Counted from the stretch's first letter, positions 17,396 to 26,665 are shown. The stretch: 32,000 nt of DNA from an uncultured archaeon (GCA_964373795.1 CAYJVY010000004.1:79944-111943); one strand, 5' to 3'. The notes: generated by a model from the sequence alone, not told the origin. Program-made: numbers and translations.

Positions 17396-17935
17396 ATGGC
17401 TGTTGTAATGAAAATTGATGATGAAATTAGGTTAAATATTTTGGAGGCTTTGTTGCAGAAGAGAAGTGTTATGCCAAATATTAGGCAGATTCAAAAAGAA
17501 ACAGGATACCATAAAGCTACTGTTAAGTCTTCTTTGGATTTTTTGACTAAAAAAAATATTATTACAGGGTTTGGACCGAAAATTAATTTAAGGGCATTTG
17601 AATACAAGCTTGAAGCAATTGAATTACTGCAAGTGGATTTAACTGAAAAAGAATTGTTTGCAAAATTCAAAGAAGCAGTTGAAAAAGATCCTTACTTGTA
17701 TATGTTGAGTTCAATTGTTGGACATGGAAACTGGAATTTACTTGCAAGGCATTTGTATAAAGACATTGAATCCTTTCACTTGGGAACTCAAAAAAATTAT
17801 TATGAAAAACTTCCAGGAGTATTCAAATTAATTAAGGATAGACAAATTTTTTACGCAACAGAGCCTTTATACAAAAACATGTCTAGAACTAAATCAATTA
17901 TTGAAATCATTAGAAGAGAAAAAGGATTACAATAA
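17396..17935 (+). CDS. Lrp/AsnC-like wHTH regulator
   Basis: RBS is AAAGGTG. ILEALLQKRSVMPNIRQIQKETGYHKATVKSSLDFLTKKNIITGF is followed by a RAM-like fold pattern. Confidence 0.6.
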   Translation: MAVVMKIDDEIRLNILEALLQKRSVMPNIRQIQKETGYHKATVKSSLDFLTKKNIITGFGPKINLRAFEYKLEAIELLQVDLTEKELFAKFKEAVEKDPYLYMLSSIVGHGNWNLLARHLYKDIESFHLGTQKNYYEKLPGVFKLIKDRQIFYATEPLYKNMSRTKSIIEIIRREKGLQ

Positions 17936-17936
17936 A

Positions 17937-18743
17937 TTACTCAATTGATTCTAAGAATTTGTTTGCAATTTCTTTTACTTGTTCAGTTGACTTGATTCCC
18001 TTCCAAGAATCTTGTGGAGAGACAACGTTTACTACTACAATGTTTGCTCCATTGAATACAGCTGATTGAGCTTCCCTTAAATACAGTCCTCCTGCAATTG
18101 AAATCAATGAATTAAATTTGCTTCTAATTCTTTTAATGTGCTTGAATTCAATTATTTTTCCAAAAGTGGATTCTTCATCTCTTCCTTTATGAAGAATCAC
18201 TACATCAGGATTTTCCCTTAATTTTCTTAAAGCCTTTAAAGGATCTAAAACATTAATCATGTCAACCATTGAATAAATCCTTAATTCCTTACATGTTTTT
18301 ACAAACAAGGAAATGGTTTCAGGCGGAGCAGCTCCTAAAACAGTTGCAGCATTTGCTCCTGCTTCAAAAACCTCTCGAACTTCTTGCACTGCTCCATCCA
18401 TTGTCTTAATATCTGCAACAAGAAATCCTTGCCACAAATTTTTTAATCTCTTAATTCCTTGAATTCCTTCTCGTTTAATGAAAGGAGTTCCAGCTTCAAT
18501 CAAAATTCTATTGCTTCGAGGCAATTGAGAAATAACTCGTTCCGCTGTACGCAAATCACTATTAAAAGCAATCTGCAAAAAACGAGTTTTATTATTTAAT
18601 TCAGTTAAACCTTGATCAGAAGTTGATTCAAATTCATTTTCAGGCAATGATTCTTCTTGAATTGATTCGCTTTGCTCGTTTGCAGTTTCGTTTTCTGTTT
18701 CAAAATCAATTACGAATTCTCCTTCTTCAAATTTTAACTTCAA
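17937..18743 (-). CDS. hps: 3-hexulose-6-phosphate synthase-like (OMPDC suprafamily) with acidic N-terminal extension
   Basis: LQIAFNS, IEAGTPFIKREG, VADIKTMDG, GANAATVLGAA, VDMINV, HKGRD and IAGG are collinear with the HxlA/KGPDC motifs. Confidence 0.75.
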   Translation of the reverse strand: MKLKFEEGEFVIDFETENETANEQSESIQEESLPENEFESTSDQGLTELNNKTRFLQIAFNSDLRTAERVISQLPRSNRILIEAGTPFIKREGIQGIKRLKNLWQGFLVADIKTMDGAVQEVREVFEAGANAATVLGAAPPETISLFVKTCKELRIYSMVDMINVLDPLKALRKLRENPDVVILHKGRDEESTFGKIIEFKHIKRIRSKFNSLISIAGGLYLREAQSAVFNGANIVVVNVVSPQDSWKGIKSTEQVKEIANKFLESIE

Positions 18744-18748
18744 TTAAA

Positions 18749-19564
18749 TCACTTTTTTCCTAAAGCCTTTCCAACAAAATTAGTGAAATCAGATGGAACA
18801 ACTAAAACAATTTTCTCAGAAGGATCTTGAGCAATATCTCTAATTGTTTGAAGAGTTCTCAAATGCAGTGCTCCAGGGCTTTTAGATAAATTTTCAGCAG
18901 CTTTTCGCAAGTTTTCTGAAGCAGTTAATTCTCCTTGAGAAACAATTATTTGAGCTCTTCTCTCTCTTTCAGCTTCAGCTTGCTTAGCCATTGCTCTCTT
19001 CATTTCAGCAGGCAATTCAATTTCTTGAATCTTAATTGAAGTAATATCAACTCCCCATCCAGAGGTTTCAGAGTCAACAATTTTTTTAATTTCTTCAGCA
19101 ATTTTTTCTCTTTCAGTTAAAACAAAATCCATTTCAGCATTTCCAACAACATCTCTTAAAGCAGTTTGAGTATACTGTGAAACAGCAAAATCATATTTTT
19201 CAATCTTAATAACTGCATCAGCTACATTCTCAACCTTAAAGTAAACAACAGTATTAACAAACAAAGGAATGTTATCCTTAGTAATAACTTCTTGTTTTGG
19301 AATATCAGTTGTTTTAATTCTCATGTCAACAATGCGAACAGTTTGTAAAACAGGAATAACTATATTCAATCCAGGCTCTAAAATTCCTGAAAACTTTCCT
19401 AAAGTAAAAACAACTCCTTTTTGATAAGCCATTACAACCTTTAAAAACGCATTCCCAAAAACCACCACAGCTATTACTGCAAACACAATTAATGGAAGAA
19501 AAAACACGACCAAAAAACCAAAAACTCCTAAAAGAAATTCTACTTGCAACAAAGGCAACATCAT
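18749..19564 (-). CDS. SPFH/band 7 (stomatin/slipin-like) membrane protein
   Basis: An N-terminal TM segment precedes the SPFH core (VDMRIKTTDIPKQEVITKDNI...ALRDVVGN). An Ala/Glu-rich coiled coil AKQAEAERERRA follows. Confidence 0.9.
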   Translation of the reverse strand: MMLPLLQVEFLLGVFGFLVVFFLPLIVFAVIAVVVFGNAFLKVVMAYQKGVVFTLGKFSGILEPGLNIVIPVLQTVRIVDMRIKTTDIPKQEVITKDNIPLFVNTVVYFKVENVADAVIKIEKYDFAVSQYTQTALRDVVGNAEMDFVLTEREKIAEEIKKIVDSETSGWGVDITSIKIQEIELPAEMKRAMAKQAEAERERRAQIIVSQGELTASENLRKAAENLSKSPGALHLRTLQTIRDIAQDPSEKIVLVVPSDFTNFVGKALGKK

Positions 19565-19639
19565 TATTCAACCCCCTCAAAAAATGTAAAAATAATTAAG
19601 AATAATTATCTTTTAAACATATTCAAATCAAATTTTTAC

Positions 19640-20599
19640 ATGAATGAATTACATGAAACAGCAAATGCTTTCAGAAAACCTGGCCTTCTGTTCACTGCAA
19701 TTGATTTAGGAGTATTTGAAACACTTTCCGGAAAACCTCAAAACTTTAATGAATTAAAAAACTCTTTAAAGGTTTCAAAAAGAGGATTAAATGCTTTACT
19801 GAAAACCTTGCAAGAGATGAAATGGATTTACTTTTCAACAGAAGACAAAAAATTCCACAACTCTGAAAAAGTAAACAAATACTTAACCAAAAATTCAAAA
19901 GAAAACATTCTTTCAATGATTAATCACTTAAAAAGATTTCAAACAGTCTGGCAAAAACTTCCAGAAGCAATCAAAACAGGCAAACCAGTAAAACAAAAAT
20001 CTGGAACACTTGCCCCAGAAGAACTACTTCACGGATTAGAAGAAATCCAAAAAGAAAATATTCATGGATTAGATTTTTTAAAAAAATTTTTCCCAAACAA
20101 ACAAGAACTAAAAGCATTAGACATTGGAGCTGGAACAGGACACTATTCAAGAAAACTTGTTCAAGCACTAAATTGCAAGGTAACTGCATTAGAAATTGAA
20201 TCCAATTTCTCCGTGCTTGAAAAAAACGTGAAAAACGAGAAAAACATTACTGCCCTTAAGGAAAACTTTTTTCACTGGCAGTCAAAAGAAAAATTTGACG
20301 TAATATTATTCGCGGATATTTTGCATGGCCGTGGAACAAATAATTCTAGGATAATGTTACGCAAGGCATCAAAGCTCTTGAATATAGAAGGCATAGTTGT
20401 AATAATTGAGCCTTTAACAGATAAATCAGAATTCGGAGCATTATTTGGGTTAAACATGTTACTAGTAACAGAGTTAGGAGAAGGCTTTTCTTTGAAGGAA
20501 ATGAAGAAACTCTTGCATGAATCAAAACTTGAATTTGTTGAAGAAATTCCTTGGAATGACTACTGGAGAAGCGTAATAATTGCTAAAGCGAGGCAATGA
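19640..20599 (+). CDS. class I SAM-dependent (O-)methyltransferase with N-terminal wHTH/dimerisation domain
   Basis: Motif I is LDIGAGTGHYS. The N-terminus LFTAIDLGVFETL resembles family-2 O-methyltransferases. The start was chosen at ATG 19640, and the tracked ORF's N-terminal 32 aa overlap the divergent promoter. Confidence 0.75.
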   Translation: MNELHETANAFRKPGLLFTAIDLGVFETLSGKPQNFNELKNSLKVSKRGLNALLKTLQEMKWIYFSTEDKKFHNSEKVNKYLTKNSKENILSMINHLKRFQTVWQKLPEAIKTGKPVKQKSGTLAPEELLHGLEEIQKENIHGLDFLKKFFPNKQELKALDIGAGTGHYSRKLVQALNCKVTALEIESNFSVLEKNVKNEKNITALKENFFHWQSKEKFDVILFADILHGRGTNNSRIMLRKASKLLNIEGIVVIIEPLTDKSEFGALFGLNMLLVTELGEGFSLKEMKKLLHESKLEFVEEIPWNDYWRSVIIAKARQ

Positions 20600-21471
20600 A
20601 AATGGAAATTGAAATTGATTTAAGGAAAACAATTCATGAAAACGCTAATGAATTCTTTGAAAAAGGAAAAAAGGCTAGAAAAAAATTGGAAGGAGTAATT
20701 AAAGCAATTGCAGAACAAAAAAAAAGAATTCAAGAATTCAAAGAAAAAAAATTAATTCAAGAAATTCCCGAACCAGAAAAGAAAAGAAAAAAGAAATGGT
20801 TTGAAGCATTTCATTGGATGCATTCATCTGAAGGATTTCTAGTAATAGGGGGAAGAGACGCTCAATCAAATGAAGTAATAGTAAAAAAACACATGCAAGA
20901 AAGTGATTTATATTTTCATGCAGATATTCACGGAGCACCTCATTGCATTATTAAAACAGAAGGAAAACAAGTTCCAGAAAAAACAATGAAAGAAGCAGCA
21001 ATTTTTGCAGCAGTTTTTTCAAAAGCCTGGGAACAAAAACTAAATGCATTAGATGTATACTCAGTTAAGCCTTCACAGGTTTCAAAAAAAGCTCCTTCAG
21101 GAGAAAGCCTTGGAACAGGAGCCTTCATGATTTACGGAGAAAGAAACTGGTTCAAAAATACTTCACTAGAATTTGGAATTGGATTAAAAAAAGAAGAAGA
21201 AAACTATGTAATAATAAGTGGCGCACTAAATGCAGTGGAAAAAAATTCTGAAACCTTTTTTGAATTAATTCAAGGCAATAAAAAAAAATCAGAAATAGCT
21301 AAAGAACTCAAACAGCTTTTTCAAAAAAAGCTGGCAAAAATTGAAGAAAAAATTGAAGAAAAAGCTGAAGAAAAAACTGAAGAAAAAACCGAGTCAAAAG
21401 AAAAAACTAAAATCGATTTAGATGAGATAATTAAAATGCTTCCAAACGGCGAAAGCGAGGTAAAAAAATAA
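20596..21471 (+). CDS. NFACT-R/DUF814 domain RNA-binding protein (short Rqc2/FbpA-like)
   Basis: WFEAFHWMHSSEGFLVIGGRDAQSNEVIVKKHMQESDLYFHADIHGAPHCIIK is the DUF814 signature. Its start overlaps the methyltransferase stop (ATGA). Confidence 0.8.
   Translation: MKMEIEIDLRKTIHENANEFFEKGKKARKKLEGVIKAIAEQKKRIQEFKEKKLIQEIPEPEKKRKKKWFEAFHWMHSSEGFLVIGGRDAQSNEVIVKKHMQESDLYFHADIHGAPHCIIKTEGKQVPEKTMKEAAIFAAVFSKAWEQKLNALDVYSVKPSQVSKKAPSGESLGTGAFMIYGERNWFKNTSLEFGIGLKKEEENYVIISGALNAVEKNSETFFELIQGNKKKSEIAKELKQLFQKKLAKIEEKIEEKAEEKTEEKTESKEKTKIDLDEIIKMLPNGESEVKK
21340..21387 (+). repeat. four tandem 12-nt repeats (NNTGAAGAAAAA) encoding xEEK units
   Basis: ATTGAAGAAAAA ATTGAAGAAAAA GCTGAAGAAAAA ACTGAAGAAAAA was read directly in the C-terminal tail of the NFACT-R gene. 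Confidence 0.8.
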
Positions 21472-21488
21472 GATAAAGCAAAACAAAA

Positions 21489-22247
21489 CTATTTCTTAGA
21501 TTTAATATCTTTTGATTTGTCAACATTTTTTGAAAGACGCCAAATCAAATTAAACTGTTTTCTATAAGTTTCGGCTATTTCTTTATTTTCAATCAAAATA
21601 AAATAGTTTGGATTACCCCAAATAACTATTCCAAATTTGTCATTAAAAACATAAGTAGGCATTGGACTAAAAGTTTCCTTAGGCATCCATCTATATTTTG
21701 TTTGAGGTCCTTCCATAAAATTTATATCGCCTTCTTCGATTAAAACTCTTTCACTGCATTTAAGTTTTTGCAATCTTTTTAGATGTTGCTCTAAAGCAAG
21801 CTTGTCTTCTTCAATAAATTTTTTTTCGCTCCCTCCTAGAATTAGTATTTCTCCAGGCCTTTCTTGAGACTCTCTAATAACTTCTCTATAAACAGTTCTA
21901 ACAATTTTCTTGCCTTTAAAAACCTCTACAGTTGTTTCCTCGTCTCTAAGTTTTGCTAGTTTAAGCAATTCAGGTAAAACTGATTTAAACTTGTTTTCTT
22001 TTTCCTTAATATACTCCAGTATTTTTTCTGGATCAATTGCTTGAAAAAATTTCTTATTATTTTCAACAACATAACTTGCAAAACCTTTTTCTAAAAGCCT
22101 TTCCAAAGCATCGTAAATGGCTTGTCTATGCAATCCAGATTTTTGAGCAAGTTCATTAACAGAAATTGATGAACTCTTTAACAAAGCTAAATAAATTTCA
22201 ACCTCGTTATTTGTCAACCCAAGTCCTCTCAAAACATCTTTATCCAT
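21489..22247 (-). CDS. TrmB family transcriptional regulator
   Basis: LRGLGLTNNEVEIYLALLKSSSISVNELAQKSGLHRQAIYDALERLLEKGF. The C-terminal region is paralogous to 10586..11404. The start was chosen at Met43 because the tracked TTG start at 22373 overlaps the divergent gene. Confidence 0.75.
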   Translation of the reverse strand: MDKDVLRGLGLTNNEVEIYLALLKSSSISVNELAQKSGLHRQAIYDALERLLEKGFASYVVENNKKFFQAIDPEKILEYIKEKENKFKSVLPELLKLAKLRDEETTVEVFKGKKIVRTVYREVIRESQERPGEILILGGSEKKFIEEDKLALEQHLKRLQKLKCSERVLIEEGDINFMEGPQTKYRWMPKETFSPMPTYVFNDKFGIVIWGNPNYFILIENKEIAETYRKQFNLIWRLSKNVDKSKDIKSKK

Positions 22248-22335
22248 GTCATAATAACTGCTTTTCTCCTTATTAATTTTGTCGTAAAAATCTTTACTAC
22301 ACTGAATTATTAGCCAACTTAACAGCACTTTATTT

Positions 22336-23346
22336 ATGGAAGGCAATGCAAAAATTTTAACACAATCAAACAAAATTAGTGAATTGTCTTTAGAAAATAT
22401 TTCAAAATTAACCTTGCAAGATAAAGATTTATTTGAAAGATTTTACAATAAGGAACCAAATTGTACTGACTTTTCAAATAGCTGGTTTTACACAATTCAA
22501 TCAACAATTTTTGGCGGACAAAAATATTTTGATGGAAAAACACTCATAGCTTTTACAACAAAACAACCAAACAAACTGCCTTTTGCACTAACTCAATATC
22601 TTGGAGAAAATGCTGTAGAAAAAGCTTTTAATTTAGGAATAAAATTAATGAAAACAAGCAAGGAAAAAGTAGTATTCAAAAACCTAAACCAAAAACAGTT
22701 TGAAGAATTAAAAAAACTAGGCTGCAGCGATTATAAACAAAACGATCACTGGAATAAGTTTTACAAATATGATGATGATACATTTCCTGAAACAGTAATT
22801 GATTTAGAAAAAACTATTGCATTAAAAGGAACAAATTTTAGAGGTTTGAGATATAAATTAAATCATGCAAAAAAACATTGTTTAAAAACATTTAAATGCA
22901 ATGAAAAAATAACTAAAAATATTGGAATGAAAATCATAGAAAAATGGACTAACTCAATTAAAAAAAGATTTAAAAAATATATTGAACAAGATCAAAATCT
23001 TTTACATTCAACTGAAATACACAAAAAATTTTTGGAATTAATTTATTCAAAAAACATGAATAATGATTACTTACATACAATAACTTTTGTAAATGATAAA
23101 CCTCATGGAATGACAATTGGGCAAAAATTGTCAAACAATTGCATTGGCTTGTATACTAATATAACATCTTATGAGCTTACTGAAATTTCAGAAGCAAATC
23201 TTTTTGGTTTTTTAAAAGAAGGCTTAAATGAAGGATATAAATATGCAAATCTAGGTGGAAGTGAGTTTCAATCATTGTTTAATTATAAAAATAAATTCAA
23301 GCCAATAGCTTTCAATAAAAAGTTTCACGCAGTTTTGTATCCATGA
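22336..23346 (+). CDS. DUF2156-like protein (MprF C-terminal / GNAT-fold aminoacyl-transferase-like)
   Basis: IDLEKTIALKGTNFRGLRYKLNHAKKH and ANLGGSEFQSLFNYKNKFKP resemble the conserved blocks of the LPG_synthase_C/DUF2156 family, recognised from memory only. Confidence 0.5.
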   Translation: MEGNAKILTQSNKISELSLENISKLTLQDKDLFERFYNKEPNCTDFSNSWFYTIQSTIFGGQKYFDGKTLIAFTTKQPNKLPFALTQYLGENAVEKAFNLGIKLMKTSKEKVVFKNLNQKQFEELKKLGCSDYKQNDHWNKFYKYDDDTFPETVIDLEKTIALKGTNFRGLRYKLNHAKKHCLKTFKCNEKITKNIGMKIIEKWTNSIKKRFKKYIEQDQNLLHSTEIHKKFLELIYSKNMNNDYLHTITFVNDKPHGMTIGQKLSNNCIGLYTNITSYELTEISEANLFGFLKEGLNEGYKYANLGGSEFQSLFNYKNKFKPIAFNKKFHAVLYP

Positions 23347-23521
23347 ATTTGAAGTGATTAAATGATTTCAATGGAATTAATTTTTTTAGGAATTGCTTTT
23401 TTCGTGGCAAGTCATTTTTTGGAGCAAAAAAAGCTTTGCTGAATGGAATGCTTTTCGGAGCAGTTACTGCAATAATAACTGCTTTAATTATTTATATTTT
23501 GTAAACCAATTTTTAGGTTAG

Positions 23522-23531
23522 CTTTATATTT
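23522..23531 (+). promoter_or_regulatory. TATA-like box upstream of cdc48
   Basis: CTTTATATTT lies about 35-40 nt upstream of ATG 23565, with AAGTGAG as the RBS. Confidence 0.3.
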
Positions 23532-23564
23532 GTTTAGAATATTTTATCTTAAAGTGAGTTATTA

Positions 23565-25760
23565 ATGGCTTTAATTCAAGCAGATAAAAAAAGAAAGGAA
23601 ATGGCTTTAAAGGTTCAAGAACCTGATCCAACTAATGTTGGAAGAAACATTATTACTTTAGATAGAGCTACAAAGCAATACTTGGTGATTACGTCTGGAG
23701 ACATTGTTGAAATAGAGGGAACAAAGAAAACTGCTGCAGTTGTATGGCCTGCAAGAGCAGAAGATGAAGGCCAAGGAATTATTAGAATGGATAACTTGAT
23801 TAGACATAATTCTGGAGTGGGTTTAGGAGAAAAAGTTGTTGTAAGAAAAGCTGTTTACGGAGAAGCAAAAAAAATTGTTTTAGCTCCAACTCAAGAAGTA
23901 AGAATAATTGCTTCAGGTTATGACAGAATTTTAAAGAAAACATTTATTGGAAGAGCAATGCATAAAGGAGATCATGTATGGATTTCTGTTTTTGGATCAG
24001 GATTTATTTATACTGTTGTAGACACTAATCCAAAAGGAATAGTGAAAATCACTGATTTAACTCAATTTGTTTTAAAAGAAGAACCATTAAAAGAAGCAGA
24101 TGGAGTTGTTTCAAGAATTGCTTATGAAGACATTGGAGGATTAGATGAACCAGTAAGAAAAGTCAGAGAAATGATTGAATTACCTATGAGGCATCCGGAA
24201 TTGTTCCGCAAACTAGGAATTCAACCACCAAAAGGAGTTCTACTTTACGGGCCACCTGGAACAGGAAAAACCCTTCTAGCAAAAGCAGTTGCAAATGAAA
24301 CCAATGCCCACTTTATTTCCATTAACGCTCCAGCAGTAATGAGCAAATTCGTGGGAGAAGCAGAGGAAAGATTGAGGCAAATTTTCAAGGAAGCAGAAGA
24401 AAATGCTCCAACAATTATTTTTATTGACGAAATTGATGCAATTGCTCCAAAAAGAGAAGAAGTAGTAGGAGAAGTTGAAAGAAGAGTTGTAGCACAATTG
24501 CTTGCATTAATGGATGGAATGGAAGCCAGAGGAAATGTAATAGTTATCGCGGCTACAAACCGCGTGAATTCATTAGATGAAGCTTTAAGAAGACCTGGAA
24601 GATTTGATAGAGAAATAGAAATAGGGGTTCCAGACAAGCAAGGAAGACTTGAAATACTTCAAATTCATACAAGAGGAATGCCTTTATCAAAAGACATTGA
24701 ATTAGAATACTTTGCTTCAATTACTCATGGATTTGTTGGAGCAGATATTGAAGCATTAGCAAAAGAAGCTGCAATGAAGGCATTGAGAAGATACCTTCCA
24801 AAAATTAATTTAGAAGACGAAACCATTCCACCAGAAGTATTGGAATCATTAGAAGTAAATAAAAGAGATTTCAATAATGGATTAAAAGATGTACAGCCTT
24901 CAGCTTTAAGAGAAGTAATGGTTGAAGTTCCAAACATTAGATGGAAAGACATTGGAGCATTAGAAGAAATAAAACAAGAATTAAAACAAGTAGTTGAATG
25001 GCCTTTAAAGTTTCCAGATTCATTTAAAAAAATGGGAATCAAACCACCAAAAGGAATCCTATTATATGGCCCGCCTGGCACTGGAAAAACTCTTCTAGCA
25101 AAAGCAGTTGCAACAGAAGCAGAAGCAAATTTTATTTCAATTAAAGGCCCAGAATTATTATCCAAATTTGTAGGAGAATCAGAAAGAGGAGTTAGAAAAA
25201 TTTTCAGAAGAGCTCGCCAAGTCTCTCCAGTAGTTGTATTCTTTGATGAAATAGATTCCATTGCTTCAGTTAGAGGTTCAACAAGCGATTCAGGAGTAGG
25301 AGAAAGAGTAGTAAACCAAATTCTAACAGAATTAGACGGAGTAGAAGAAATGAAAGACGTAATAGTAATTGGAGCAACAAATCGCCCTGACTTAGTCGAT
25401 CCAGGATTGCTTCGCCCTGGAAGAATTGATAAAATAATTCACATTCCAGCTCCAGATGAACAAGGAAGAATTGAAATCTTAAGAGTTCACACTAGAAATG
25501 TTCCATTAGAAGAAGATGTAAACCTAGATGAAATTGCTTTGAAAACAAAGGGTTATAGTGGAGCAGATTTAGCTGGGTTAATAAGAGAAGCAACTCTAAT
25601 GGCTTTAAAAGAATCCAAAATGAAGCCAACAAAGGTTGCAATGAAACACTTTGAAGAAGCATTAAAACAAATCATGCCATCAATTTCTGAAGAAACAGAA
25701 GAAGCATACAAAGAATTCAGAGAAGCAATAAGCAAATTCAAACCAAGCTATGTAGGATAA
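23565..25760 (+). CDS. cdc48: CDC48/VCP-like AAA+ ATPase
   Basis: An N-terminal CDC48_N-like domain is followed by two AAA modules. Each has [15 protein letters not shown] Walker A, a DEID Walker B and second region of homology motifs. Length is 731 aa. Confidence 0.97.
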   Translation: MALIQADKKRKEMALKVQEPDPTNVGRNIITLDRATKQYLVITSGDIVEIEGTKKTAAVVWPARAEDEGQGIIRMDNLIRHNSGVGLGEKVVVRKAVYGEAKKIVLAPTQEVRIIASGYDRILKKTFIGRAMHKGDHVWISVFGSGFIYTVVDTNPKGIVKITDLTQFVLKEEPLKEADGVVSRIAYEDIGGLDEPVRKVREMIELPMRHPELFRKLGIQPPKGVLLYGPPGTGKTLLAKAVANETNAHFISINAPAVMSKFVGEAEERLRQIFKEAEENAPTIIFIDEIDAIAPKREEVVGEVERRVVAQLLALMDGMEARGNVIVIAATNRVNSLDEALRRPGRFDREIEIGVPDKQGRLEILQIHTRGMPLSKDIELEYFASITHGFVGADIEALAKEAAMKALRRYLPKINLEDETIPPEVLESLEVNKRDFNNGLKDVQPSALREVMVEVPNIRWKDIGALEEIKQELKQVVEWPLKFPDSFKKMGIKPPKGILLYGPPGTGKTLLAKAVATEAEANFISIKGPELLSKFVGESERGVRKIFRRARQVSPVVVFFDEIDSIASVRGSTSDSGVGERVVNQILTELDGVEEMKDVIVIGATNRPDLVDPGLLRPGRIDKIIHIPAPDEQGRIEILRVHTRNVPLEEDVNLDEIALKTKGYSGADLAGLIREATLMALKESKMKPTKVAMKHFEEALKQIMPSISEETEEAYKEFREAISKFKPSYVG

Positions 25761-25850
25761 AATTCGTTCAACGCCGAAAAACATCTTGTTCTATTTTGTC
25801 TTTGATAGGAAACTTTAAAAATAAAAAGAATATAATAATTGCATTAAACC

Positions 25851-26459
25851 TTGATTAATTTAATCAATGGAGAGGTGAAAGATTTGGCTGAATTAATGGA
25901 AGTAATAAAAAAACCGTTTCAAGATATTAAGACTTATGTAATAGGGTTAGTGGTAATGGTTCTATCAATTCTTGTTCTACCAATGTTTGTATTGCAAGGA
26001 TATCTGTTGGAGGTAGCAAGAAGATCAATGAAAGGAAATCATTCAATGCCTGAATGGGGTAATTGGGGAAAACTTTTCATGGACGGATTAATGGCATACA
26101 TAATTTCAGGAGTTTACATTGTAGTGGCATTTGTACTTTTCCTAGTATTGACATTAGTTTTAGGAATAATTAATCCACTTTTAGGATTAGTTGGATTACT
26201 AATTGGAATACTATTATACTTAGTGTTTGCATTAGCAGCAATAGCAGCAGTACTAAGATTTGCTAAAACAGGAGAATTTGTTGGATCATTACTAGCATTT
26301 GGAGAAAACTTTAGAAAAGGAGTTTCAGTTTCAATGATTGTAGCATTAATAATTGGATTAATTCTTCAAATATTGAATATAATTCCACTTATTTTAATGT
26401 TTGGAACTGGAGTAATGATGATAACAGTAATATCAGAAGCATACGGAAAATTAAAGTAA
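25851..26459 (+). CDS. DUF4013-like membrane protein
   Basis: LQGYLLEVARRSMKGNHSMPEWGNWGKLFMDGL followed by 4-5 TM spans is the DUF4013 pattern. The true start may be TTG 25884 or ATG 25896, downstream of GGAGAGGTGA. Confidence 0.65.
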   Translation: MINLINGEVKDLAELMEVIKKPFQDIKTYVIGLVVMVLSILVLPMFVLQGYLLEVARRSMKGNHSMPEWGNWGKLFMDGLMAYIISGVYIVVAFVLFLVLTLVLGIINPLLGLVGLLIGILLYLVFALAAIAAVLRFAKTGEFVGSLLAFGENFRKGVSVSMIVALIIGLILQILNIIPLILMFGTGVMMITVISEAYGKLK

Positions 26460-26472
26460 AACTTTAATTTTC

Positions 26473-26499
26473 TTTTTTTCTATTTCTTTTTTATTTTTT
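26473..26499 (+). terminator. oligo-T termination tracts
   Basis: T7 (26473-79), T6 (26487-92) and T6 (26494-99) lie just after the stop at 26459. Confidence 0.4.
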
Positions 26500-26504
26500 A
26501 AATT

Positions 26505-26665
26505 CAATCCAGCTACTGCCAGTTTATGCCAACCTCAACCAAGTCAACTACTTGGCAAGCAAACGAAGTAAGCATGCTCTGCTGAAAGCAGTGCACGCAT
26601 TCAAGGTCTCGCGCCTTGAACGCAACACCCACATAGGCGCTCAGCTTTACTGGATGAACCGCGAA
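26505..26665. ncRNA. candidate structured RNA or relic element (class unknown)
   Basis: Three strong hairpins lie at 26539-55, 26575-95 and 26597-623. 40 of 70 nt are G/C in 26571-26640, against AT-rich flanks. It sits between convergent 3' ends. Confidence 0.3.

Noticed and set aside
24245-25741. Antisense ORFs of 62-178 aa inside cdc48 (24245..24637, 24276..24497, 24725..25261, 25553..25741)
   Set aside because: The plus strand encodes a complete, highly conserved double-AAA+ CDC48. The antisense products are low-complexity (Ser/Ala/Phe-rich) mirror translations with no start context.
26505-26665. GC-rich island as a tRNA, 5S rRNA, SRP RNA or group II intron domain V
   Set aside because: No acceptor/T-arm combination fits on either strand, and the hairpin loops violate the U33 anticodon-loop rule. 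5S similarity is limited to short strings with the wrong spacing. The H2 loop is a pentaloop rather than GNRA or GGAA. The island is left unclassified.
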